A stretch of DNA of 47,125 nucleotides from the NCBI RefSeq assembly GCF_004010195.1, contig NC_057719.1, positions 24,591,465 through 24,638,589 of the forward strand, read 5' to 3'. This DNA comes from Chiloscyllium plagiosum. Lineage: Eukaryota. Positions within the stretch are counted from its first letter, which is position 1. Every line of letters starts with the position of its first letter. The translations under genes were made by a program, and so were the position numbers. Positions 36,847 through 47,125 of the stretch are shown here, piece by piece. A model generated the notes under the pieces. The model was not told where the DNA came from. It was given only the letters and a program-made list of their open reading frames with translations, and searched no databases.

Positions 36847-38510
36847 ACATTCACAGAGTGTGGGCTTTGCTCGGGCCTGCATTTATTGCATAGCCCTACT
36901 TGCCCTTCAGAAGATGGTGATGAGCTGTTTCCGGAACCACTGCAGAGCTTTTAGTGTAGGTATACCCACAATGCTGTTTGGGATGTAGTTCCAGGATTTT
37001 GACCCAGCCACACTGAAGGAGTGGTGCTATGTTTCTGCAGTGATTGGATCCAGGTGGACTTCATTGACTATGTGGTTCTTGATTGGCCCAGGTTAACAAC
37101 CCCAATCAGGAAAACCTTGGCTGACCAAATAAGCAGGAGACTAGAATCTCCACAGTTGAGGACTGATTCTGAGTTGGTTGACCATATGTAAATAAAGAGT
37201 GACTTAGTGATGGAACACTGGCCTCTGTGCAGTTACTTAACTTTCCAAATCACAATAGTGATGGCCTTGCAGTGGAGCTTGTAGGCAGTAGTGTTCTAGA
37301 TGGTAGTGTATGTGCATTTAGAAGGTGCTGTCTGAGGAGCCATCATGAATTTCTGCAATGTAAATTGTGATGGTACATGCTGCTGCTACTGAATGTTAGT
37401 GGTAGATGGGGTGAATGTGGGTTTAGTGCCAATCAAGTGGGTATGTCCCAAATGTTGCCAAGCTTCTTGAGTTTGGTTAGAGCTGTGTTCATCAAGGTAA
37501 CTAAGGACTATTCCATCACACTACTGATGTGTGTTTCTACGCCGTGAACAAGCTTTGGAGAGTTCAGAGGGGAGTTAATAACTGCAGGATTCCTATTTTC
37601 TGACCTGTTGTTTTTGCAATAGTATTAATCTGGTTAGTTGAGTTCAGTTGCTGGTCAATGGTAACGTTCAAGATGCTGTTAATGGAGGATTCAGCAACAG
37701 TAATTCCACTGAATTTAGGGTGATGATTATCTTCTATTGCATTAACGCTTGTGTGGTGTGAATGTTACTTGCCATTTGTTGTCCCAGATCTGGATATTGT
37801 CAATGTTTTGCTGCATTTGGACATGGACTGTTTCAGTATCTGAGGGGTTGCAAGTGGTGCTGACCATTGTGCAATCATCAATTAACATCCCCACCTCTGA
37901 CTTTGTGATAAAGGGAAGGTCATTGATGACGTAGCTGAAATTTATTTGACCTAGGACACTATCCTAAGCAACTTTAGATGGTTCTTATGGCTCGGTTGGG
38001 GTGGCCCTACCACCCTAAAATATCCACCTTAAGGAATTCCTGAAGAAATGTCATAGAACTGAGATGTCTGATCTCCAACAACCATAACTATCTTCCTTTG
38101 TGCCAGGTATGATTTCAACCTTGACAAACTATACAGCGCGCGCAGAACAACCTGCAAACTGTTTTCTCATTTTCCTTGGGTTCCTTGATGTCAAACTAGG
38201 TCAAATAGGCCCTTGGTGTCAAGGGCAGTCACTCTTGTTTCTTGAATTCAGTTCTTTTGTCTCTGTTTGAATAACGGATGAACTGAGTGGCCCCAGCATA
38301 ACACTGGCTGAGCATCAGTGAGTGTGTTATTGCTGAGCAGATGTTGCTTGATAAGTATTGATAACTCCTTCCATCACTTTACTGATGATCAAGGGTGAAC
38401 TAATGGGGTGGAAATCGGCCAGGTTGGATTTATTCTGCTTTTTGAGCACAAGAAATACTGAGGGAATATTCTACACTGGCAGGTAGTTGTTAGTGTTGTA
38501 GCTGTACTTA
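36847..38510 (-). mobile_element. Old CR1/L2-group LINE with a decayed RT
   Basis: Minus strand RVTALDTKGLFDLV*HQG (about 38235-38180) and SSGIP../DSVLGQINFSYVIND (about 38050-37920, split by a roughly 60-nt insert); tail at 36847. Confidence 0.75.
37040..37240 (+). mobile_element. Possible solo-LTR fragment nested in the old LINE
   Basis: Interrupts LINE colinearity; CCAAT/ATTGG boxes and AATAAA near its end. Family not verified. Confidence 0.4.
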
Positions 38511-39122
38511 CAAGGAATCGGGTAAACCCTGGCAACCTAACTGAAAGACCTGGGGCTGGAATGATCTCTCCTGGGATGTCCTCAATCAATCAGTGTCTGA
38601 AACAGGAAGTTTTAGCTAGAATATTTTAATGGCAATGCAATTACAAGAAGTGAAATAAAGATAGGGGAAGAAAGCTGGGATTAAAAAGGAAACAGAAGTG
38701 AAGGAGAAATTAAAGATTTTTTCATATCTCCAACGATAAGTAAAATCAAGAGAATGAAATTCCAGACTTGCAAAAAGTACATTTCAGTCCCAGAGAGATT
38801 GTTTGTTACTAAATAAAACTTATCAGGATTAAAACCTTAACCTTTCAGGGACAAAAGATCAGCACGAGGCCATTTTGTTCTTGGAGCCTATTCCAGCAAT
38901 TAGTGAGATCATGCTTGACTAGTAACTTAAATCCATTTAGTTTTATCATGTTTAATAAATTCACTAATAATATTCACATGTAACCTCAAAAGTTTGATTA
39001 TTTCAGGATAAGATATAGTTTTGGTGCAGTTTCTGAAAATAAAACAGGGTGTATTGGGCAGCAGTTTCCTGACGACTGTTATGTGTAGCTGTCTATGAAG
39101 GGACAGAAATGCTGAAAACTGC

Positions 39123-39338
39123 GAAATAAAACTGAAAGAACTGCCGATGCTTTAAATCAGAAACAAAAACAGAAGTTGCTGGAAAAACTCAGCAGGTTTG
39201 GCAGCAACTGTGAAGAGAAATCAGAATTAGTGTTTTGGGTCCAGTGACCCTCCCTCAGAGACCTGAAGTTTTAAAGCTGATTTCTGTTCACAGATGCTGC
39301 CAGTCCTCCTGAGTTTTTTCAGCAACTTCTGTTTTTGT
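39123..39338 (-). mobile_element. Mini fold-back PLE (second family)
   Basis: Arms 39162-39224 and 39277-39338; 39-nt tail; TSD TGCTGAAAAyTGC at 39110-39122 and 39339-39351; mutated HHR 39230-39260. Confidence 0.85.
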
Positions 39339-39380
39339 TGCTGAAAATTGCTGTCTACATTACAATTTAATGATAGTTAT

Positions 39381-40627
39381 TGCTTGATTGAGTTTTTTGA
39401 GGAAGTAACAAAGAGGATTGATGAGGGCAGAGCAGTAGATGTGATCTATATGGACTTCAGTAAGGCGTTCAACAAGGTTCCCCATGAGAGACTGATTAGC
39501 AAGGTTAGATCTCATGGAATACACGGAGAACTAGCTATTTGGATAGAGAACTGGCTCAAAGGTAGAAGACAGAGGGTGATGGTGGAGGGTTGTTTTTCAG
39601 ACTGGAGGCCTGTGACCAGTGGAGTGCCACAAGGATCAGAGTTGGGTCCTCTACTTTTTGACATTTTTATAAATGATTTGGATACGAACATAAGAGGTAC
39701 AGTTTGTAAGTTTGCAGATGATACCAAAGTTAGAGGTGTAGTGGACAGCGAAGAGGGTTACCTCAGATTACAATAGGATCTTGACCAGATGGGCCAATGG
39801 GCTGAGAAGTGGCAGATGGCGTTTAATTCAGATAAATGCGAGGTGCTGCATTTTGGGAAAGCAAATCTTAGCAGGACCTGTACACTTAATAGTAAGGTCC
39901 TAGGGAGTGTTGCTGAACAAAGAGATCTTTGAGTGCAGGTTCATAGCTCCTTGAAAGTGGAGTCCTGCAGGTAGATAGGATAGTGAAGAAGGCGTTTGGT
40001 ATGCTTTCCTTTATTGGTCAGAGTATTGAGTACAGGAGTTGGGAGGTCATGTTGCGGCTGTACAAGATATTGGTTAGGCCACTGTTGGAATATTGCATGC
40101 AATTCTGGTCTCCTCCTTATCGGAAGGATGTTGTGAAACTTGAAAGGGTTCAGAAAAGATTTACAAGGATGTTGCCAGGGTTGGAGGATTTGAGCTATAG
40201 GGAGAGTCTGAACAGGCTGGAGCTGTTTTCCCTGGAGCATCGGAGGCTGAGGAGTGACCTTGTATACGTTTACAAAATTATGAGGGGCATGGATAGCGTA
40301 AATAGGCAAAGTCTTTTCCCTGGTTTGGAGGAGTCCAGAACTAGAGGGCATAAGTTTAGAGTGAGAGGGGAAAGATATAAAAGAGACCTAAGGAGCAACT
40401 TTTTCACAGAGGGTGGTATGTGTATGGAATGAGCTGCCAGAGGAAGTGATGGAGGCTGGTACAATTGCAACATTTAAGAGGCATTTGGATGGGTATATGA
40501 ATAGGAAGAGTTTGGAAGGATATGGGCCGAGGGCTGGCAGGTGGGACTAGATTGGGTTGGGATATCTGGTCGGCATGGACGGGTTGGACCGAAGGGTCTG
40601 TTTCCATGATCTGTATCTCTGACTCTT
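39381..40627 (+). mobile_element. CR1 LINE, RT plus 3' end
   Basis: [46 protein letters not shown]; stops and frameshifts present. Confidence 0.97.
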
Positions 40628-40659
40628 TGCAATACTATAATGGAAGCTATGTTCCAAAG

Positions 40660-40985
40660 ACATAGAATTTCTATAATGTGGAAGCAGGCCGTCAAGTCTA
40701 TACTGACCTTCTGAAGAGCATCCCACCTAGACATAAGTACCCCCTCCACACCTTACCCTATCCCTATAACCTTACATTTCCCATTGCTCATCCATCTAGC
40801 CAACATTTTGGGCAACGTAATGTGGCCAAACCACTCAACCTGCACATCTTTTGACTGTGGGAGGAAACCCACACGGAAACAAGGAGAACACACAAACTCC
40901 ACACAATCACCCAAGGCTGGAATCAAACCCAGATCCCTGGTGCAGTGTGGCATCAGTGATAATCCCCTAGTCACTATGCCACCTT
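40660..40985 (-). mobile_element. Older V-SINE
   Basis: ACCTGCACATCTTTTGACTGTGGGAGGAAACC..CAAACTCCACACA..GCTGGAATCAAACCCAG. Confidence 0.85.
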
Positions 40986-42269
40986 CTCTGGGACATTGGC
41001 AAACACAGGAGATGGTAGTTTCTTGTGACATGTGATCATCAGGCACAGTTTTCAGCAGAGGTTTGAGATGTTACCCAAAGACAACTTTTTCTTCCTGGCA
41101 GTTTAAATTGCATGTATTATTCATTAGATTATAGTTCGCCGAGCTATCTTCCTGAGACTATCGCCATTGAGAGGGCACTTTTCCAGCTGAAGAGTTCCAG
41201 CTGATTGGATTTTATTGTCTGAAAAATAACTGCATATGTTTATTTAATACTAAATTACGTTCTTGTCCCAGAGCCAGAAGGAAAGGTTAGTCATATACAA
41301 TTAGCTGATATTCTTCTGTTTCTTTTTTTAATGAAGGTTGGATTTTACTACTTTATTGGAACTGACTTGATGGTACTTGGTAAATTAGGCAAATCTAAGA
41401 GTGTTGTAATGTTATTTGATAAGTGTTTCTAGTAGAAAATTTCATTTGGCTGGAGAATGAAGTGGTTTAATCTGAAACTAGGATCCTGAACCTAAATAAA
41501 AGGAACAACGAGAGTATGAAGCACAAATTGGCAAGGATTTGAAGAACAAGTGCACGAATTATGACGATTATTCATTCCTGTCTGGTGCAAAACTAAAAGA
41601 GAAAAGGTGGTTCAGCCATGGCTTGCACCATAAATTGGAGATGGCATTAGGTCCAAAAAGGAGACATTGCCAGAAACTCACAGCAAATCTGAGGATTAGG
41701 AACATTTTCGGATTCAACAAAAGAAGACAAAAAGTTTGATCCAGAGGTGGAATATAGAGTGTGAGTAAAATTACTGACTGTAATTACTTCTATAAATATA
41801 TGAAGCTATCAAGATAGGAGACACAAATGTAGTTTGTTTACAGTCAGAAGCTGAAGAAAGTATCATACAGAGTAATGAAATGGCAGAAGAAGTGAATGCA
41901 TACTTTTGGTTGTAGCTTGACAAAAGAAGGCACAAATAACCTCCAAGGGAGCTCAGAGTCTAGTGAGAGGGCAGAATTGCAAGATATCAGTATTAGTAAG
42001 GAAATGGTGCTGAGGAAAGTAATGGGCTTAAAGGCTAACAAATCACCAGATAAATCTACATGCCAGAGTACTAAAGGATAATGTCCTGGAAATATTGAGT
42101 GCATCGGTGGTCATCTTCCAAAGTTCTGTCAACTCTAGAGCAATTCCAACAATTTACAGGGTGGCAAATGTAATCCTGCTATTTAAAAGGGGATAGAGAG
42201 AGGAAAAAAAACAAAATTTCAGACCAGTCAGTTTAACATCAATAAGGTTTGAGTCTATTATAAAGACAT

Positions 42270-43041
42270 AAAATATAGAACATAGAACAATACAATGCAG
42301 AACAGGCCCTTCGGCTCTCGATATTACACCAACCTGTGAACTATTCTCAGCTCGTCCCCCTGCACTATCCCAAAATCATCCATGTGTTTTCTAAGGATTG
42401 TTTAAATCACCCTAACGTGGCTAAGTTGACTACATTAGCAGGTAGGGCATTCCATGCTCTTACCACTCTCCTGCGTAAAGAACCTGCCTCTGACATCAGT
42501 CTTAAATCAATTTGTAGTTATGCCTCCTCGTACAAGCTGACGTCAACATTCTAAGAAAAAGGCTTTCAGTGTCGACCCTATCTAATCCTCTGATCATCTT
42601 GTATGCCTCTATCAAATCCCCTCTTAGCCGCCTTCTTTCCAATGAGAACAGCCTTTTCCCATAAGACCTTCCCTCCAGACCAGGCAACATCCTGATAAAT
42701 CTCCTCTGAACCTTTTCCAATGCTTCCACATCCTTCCCAAAATATGGGGACCAGAACTGTACACAATATTCCAAGTGTGGCTGCACCAGCGTTTTGTATA
42801 GTTGCAGCATGATATTGCAGCTTGGGAACTCAATTCCTTTATGAATAAAACCTAGCACACCATATGCCTTCTTAACAGCACTATCTGCCTGGGTGGCAAC
42901 TTTCAGGAATCTATGTACATGAACTCCAAGATCCCTCTGCACATCCACATTACCAAGATTCTTTCCATTGACCCAGTACTCTGCCTTCCTGTTATTCTTC
43001 CCAAAGTGCATCACCTCACATTCAGCTGCATTAAACTCCAT
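42270..43041 (-). mobile_element. Younger CR1 3' fragment, antisense within the old CR1
   Basis: ORF 42502-43041 ([23 protein letters not shown]); (ATAGAAC) tail. Confidence 0.95.
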
Positions 43042-43756
43042 TAATGATAGGAGAAGACTTGGAAAACATTAACATGATTGGACGAAACCAGGAAACCTGG
43101 TTCTCTGGATTTATGAAAAGCAAATCATATTTAACAAATCTAATGGAGTTCTCTGAGGCTATAACTAATAAAATAGGTAAGAGAGTACTAGTGGATGTGG
43201 TGTATTTGGATGTTTAGAAGATGTTTGATAAGGTCCCTCATAAGAGGTTAATGGGCAAAGTTAAAGTAGATGGCATAGGAGATAATGTATTGGTATCAAG
43301 AATTAGTTGACAGTCAGGAATCAGAGTGGAAATAAATGGGTCTTTTTCCAAGTGACTAGTGGGGTCCCACAAGGATCAGTGCTTGGGCCCCGGATAGTCA
43401 TAATATATATAAATGACCTGAATGAGGGAGATGAATCCAACTTTTCCGAGTTTGACACTAAACTGGATGGGGTTGTGAGGTGGAGTCAAAGAAGTTTCAA
43501 GCAGGCAAAAACGTAGCAGATCAGTACAATGTGATTAAATGTGAAGTTATACACTTTGGTGTGAAAAAACGGAAAGGAAGAATATAATTTAAATGTTTAT
43601 ATATTGGAATATATCTGGGATCTGGGTATCCTTGTAACTAAGTCAATAAATGTTAAGCTGGTGCAGCAAGCAGTTAGGAAGGCAAATGCTTAATCGGCCT
43701 TCATTGCAAAAGAGTATGAGTACAAAGGTAGGGATGTCTTACTGCAGTGCCTTAAT

Positions 43757-44235
43757 GGGTGGCACTGTGGCTCAGTGGTTAGCACTACTTCCTCACAGTG
43801 CCAGGGACCCAATTCAATTCCAGCCTTAGGAAACTGTGGAGTTTGCACATTCTCCCTGTGTTTGCATGGGTTTCCTCTGGATACTCTGGTTCCTCCCACA
43901 ATCCAAAGATGTGCAGGTTAGGTGAATTGGCCATGCTAAATTGCTGAAGAAGGGCTAATGCCTGAAACGTCGATTCTCCTGTTCCCTAGATGCTGCCTGA
44001 CCTGCTGCGCTTCTCCAGCAACACATTTCCATCTCTGATCTCCAGCATCTGCAGACCTCATTTTCTCTTCATGCTAAATTGCACATAGTGTTCAGAGATG
44101 TGCATGTTAGTTGCATTGGTCAGGGGTAAATATAGGGTAGGGGAATGGGTCTGGGTGGGTTACAGTTTGGAGTGTCGGTGTGGACTTCTTGGGACGAAGG
44201 GCCTGTTTCGACACTATAGGGACTATATAATTCTA
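43757..44235 (+). mobile_element. HE1-type SINE nested in the CR1
   Basis: A-box TGGCTCAGTGG at 43768-43778, V-domain and CR1-like end. Confidence 0.92.
43945..44069 (+). mobile_element. 125-bp mini PLE nested in the SINE; begins at the HHR CUGA box
   Basis: Perfect 13-bp TSD CATGCTAAATTGC at 43932-43944 and 44070-44082; (C)TGAAGAAGGGCTAATGCCTGAAACGTC. Confidence 0.92.
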
Positions 44236-44897
44236 TGACACCACATCTGGAGAAATGCATACCTCATTGGTTATCCGACTCAAAAAGGCTTTTACTTACC
44301 ATAAAGGGTGTGCAGCTGAGGTTTACTGTGCTGACACAATGGTTTGAGTGGACATGTTTGGAAGGTTGAGAGGGAATTTGATTGAAAAGTATAAAGTTCT
44401 AATATATAGGCTAAATACAGGGAGGATGTTTTTCCCTGGTTGGGAAATCTAGAACCAGGGGTCAGTCTCCGGATATGGTTGAGACCATTTAAAACTGAAC
44501 TGAGGGAATATTTCATCATTCAAAAAGTAGTGAGCTTGTGGAATACTTTACCACAGAAGGTCAAGTCACTGAATATATTCGAGGAAGAGATACATACATT
44601 TCTAGATTTTAAAGGCATCAAGGAGTATGGGGAGAAATAGATGAGATAGAGGATCAGCCATGATCATATTGAATAGTGGAGTAGACTTGAAGTACCGAAA
44701 GGCCTACTCCTGCTCCTAGTTTCCACGTCAAAAGATGAATAAATTGAGACGAGAGATCTGATTAGAGAATCCAACTCAGAAATTTAAAGTACAATTTAAT
44801 ATCCTTTACATGTACAGAAATGTAAGTTCATACTAACATGAGCTTTTGAAAGAACTTCAGGAGGACAACCATAATGGGTTTTCTGGGAAGAATTACA

Positions 44898-45119
44898 GGA
44901 GAAAGTGAGGTCTGCAGATGCTGGAGATCAAAGTTGAAACTTTATTGCTGGAACAGCACAGCAGGTCAGGCAGCATCCAGGGAACAGGAGATTCGACGTT
45001 TCGGGCACAGGCCCTTCTTCAAGAATGATTGAAGAAGGGCCTGTGCCAGAAACGTCGAATCTCCTGTTCCCTGGATGCTGCCTGACCTGCTGTGCTGTTC
45101 CAGCAATAAAGTTTCAACT
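44898..45119 (-). mobile_element. Young fold-back mini PLE
   Basis: 91-bp arms 44932-45022 and 45029-45119 (1 mismatch); 34-nt tail; TSD (CT)GGGAAGAATTACA at 44883-44897 and 45118-45132. Confidence 0.93.
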
Positions 45120-45534
45120 GGGAAGAATTACATGATAGTACTTAGCATTGGTATTGCAAAAGAAAATTCAAGGATCAATTATTTATTGTAGTAGTTTATG
45201 GCAGTGTATTTAGAGATGTGGGTAATATTCTACCAGGAGCCAAAAGGAGTAACTAAAATATATTTGTGGTGCATTCTATTTCTTTTATTAAAATAAAAAG
45301 GCATCACTACAGGTCACCTTTGTCATTTTCTCAAATAATGTCTGACATGTGGTGATAGTAATGCAACATTAATTAGAGCAAATTTAAGTCAATCCAATAG
45401 GTGAAAAAAGAGTAACCATAACCAAAAAGGTTAACTGCTATACTGACTACCTCCCTCTTTGCAGCCATTTTAATCTTCCTACATTTTTTGGAGATTCACC
45501 TCAACACGATACTGGAATTCTGTGATGTACATAG

Positions 45535-45828
45535 GAGAAGTATTTTCAGCAAACATTGAGTCAGTAACTGGAAGGTACAGATTTAAGCACAGCACCAAAA
45601 GAATGAAATGAGATATAGGAGTTTTTACTCACAATAGATTGTTCTAAGGATATGGAATGCCTTGCCAAAAGCAGTGGTTAAAACAGATATAGTAATGTGA
45701 AAATAGAAATGAATACATGTTTATGTAAGAAAATGTTAAATGTTATAAAGGTTGAAGAAATGGGATTGAGTGGATTGCTGTTTTATAGATCTAGCATATG
45801 TTGGGTCAAATAACATCCTTCTGTGCTG
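45535..45828 (+). mobile_element. Very old CR1 3' fragment
   Basis: ATATGGAATGCCTTGCCAAAAGCAGTGG..GGGTCAAATAACATCCTTCTGTGCTG. Confidence 0.55.
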
Positions 45829-46759
45829 AAAGAAATGTTGACATCAGTTGATTAATGTATACTTCTTAGCATTATGCACAAAGTTCAAACAACACTGATA
45901 GAATCTAAAACACCACTTTCACTAATCATTGGCAACCATCAGATGAAGCACACCTTTCATTAAAACACCAAGATTTTCCACTGAGCAGATTAATTAGAAA
46001 TTTGGAAATGCATCAACTGTGCCATGAATATTTATCATTCCAACTGAACATATGCATCCCCTACATTAAACATGAGTAGGATTTTAGAAATATTACTTGT
46101 GTCTTTACTGTTTTCCACTTTCCGAATTCAGAACACATAAGAGCCATGGTGAAATTCTTATTAGAAAAATTAGATTTATGCGTATGCATTGCAGAAGACC
46201 TGAGGTCTCTGACAGAGCCTTCAATGCAATTTCCACTTGTAACTGGTGATCCAACATGAAAGAGAAAAGGAGAAGTTATTCCCTGCAATGACTATACCAT
46301 CACTTGTATCTGTGGTGGGAGAAGCTGCTGTTGATGAATAAAACTTACTGGTCATGAACGGGCCTGCCCCAATGAGTGCAAGCTTTCTAAAACCTTTGTC
46401 CATGACAAAATGCCAAGAGGTAACTGAGGATGCAGTCATCTTTCTGATAGTTCTTAACAACCAACTGCAGTATTAGTTCTTCAGTTTCTTTGTTTCAAAC
46501 CTGAGAAATGTTAAACTTTTGTGTCATGTCTCGCACTCAATATTCCAGAATGTCTTTAACAGACATGCTCATGGCATCATCATTGAATATAAAGTTCTCC
46601 CATACTCCACCTTACCCCATGAGCACTTGAAACGTGTCCTGGTATTAGAAGCATGCAACTGTATTGTAATCTAATAGCTAATATTTACTCAGACACTGAT
46701 TTGGCTGAACAGTGTAATGTTTGTATGTTGTACATAGATGTAATAAATGCCTGTTCACT

Positions 46760-47125
46760 TATAGAGTCATAGAGATGTACAGCATGGAAACAGACCCTTC
46801 GGTCCATGCCGACCAGGTATCCCAACCCATAAGACATAGGAGTGGAAGTAAGGCCATTCAGCCCATTGAATCCACTCTGCCATTCAATCATGGCTGATAG
46901 GCATTTCAACTCCACTTACCCGCATTCTCCCCGTAGCCCTTAATTCCTTGTGACATCAAGAATTTATCAATCTCTGCCTTGAAGACATTTAGCGTCCCGG
47001 CCTCCACTGCACTCTGCAGCAATGAATTCCACAGGCCCACCACTCTCTGGCTGAAGAAATGTCTCTGCATTTCTGTTCTGAATTTACCCCCTCTAATTCT
47101 AAGGCTGTGTCCACGGGTCCTAGTC
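46760..47125 (-). mobile_element. Two abutting CR1 3' ends (46760-46828 and 46829 to beyond the window end)
   Basis: ATAGAGTCATAGAG tail of one subfamily followed by the CATAAGACATAGGAG tail of another. Confidence 0.88.

Larger units (their letters stand above)
41500..44725 (+). mobile_element. Old CR1 (41500-42265 and 43045-44725) carrying nested insertions
   Basis: [44 protein letters not shown]; tail at about 44650-44725. Confidence 0.85.

Noticed and set aside
44898..45119. Fold-back elements as MITEs, rho-independent terminators or miRNA precursors
   Set aside because: Asymmetric tail, long variable TSDs and homology to PLE pLTRs point to retrotransposition; the context is eukaryotic.
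46061..46510. Minus-strand ORFs and a TTTCTCAG acceptor-like site near 46501
   Set aside because: All three frames stop within 10 codons of the acceptor; no recognisable protein.

Overview
Eukaryotic, repeat-rich vertebrate DNA, most likely a shark (inferred from HE1-type V-SINEs and HER1/CR1-type LINEs). The only host gene I can support is the 3' half of PRIMA1 (proline-rich membrane anchor of acetylcholinesterase) on the + strand. It comprises the transmembrane exon (4718-4847), a 21.3-kb intron and the last coding exon (26169-26268) with a probable 3' UTR; the signal-peptide and PRAD exons lie upstream of the window. Almost every other ORF in the track is a retroelement fragment or noise. 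Repeats include about 18 CR1 fragments, HE1 SINEs, an older CR1/L2-group LINE, a Harbinger-like Myb remnant and many Penelope-like element (PLE) insertions. The most interesting layer is about 11 PLE insertions carrying about 15 minimal hammerhead-ribozyme (HHR) motifs. Many are tiny (125-220 bp), have mostly 12-15-bp target-site duplications (TSDs), fold back as inverted repeats with a one-sided 33-39-nt tail, and are truncated or inverted right at the 5' edge of the ribozyme. Several locally templated insertions and duplications are also visible. HHRs in PLEs are already known; the breakpoint clustering is my own observation from a small sample. All calls were made by eye, no database search was run, and boundaries of old repeats are approximate.
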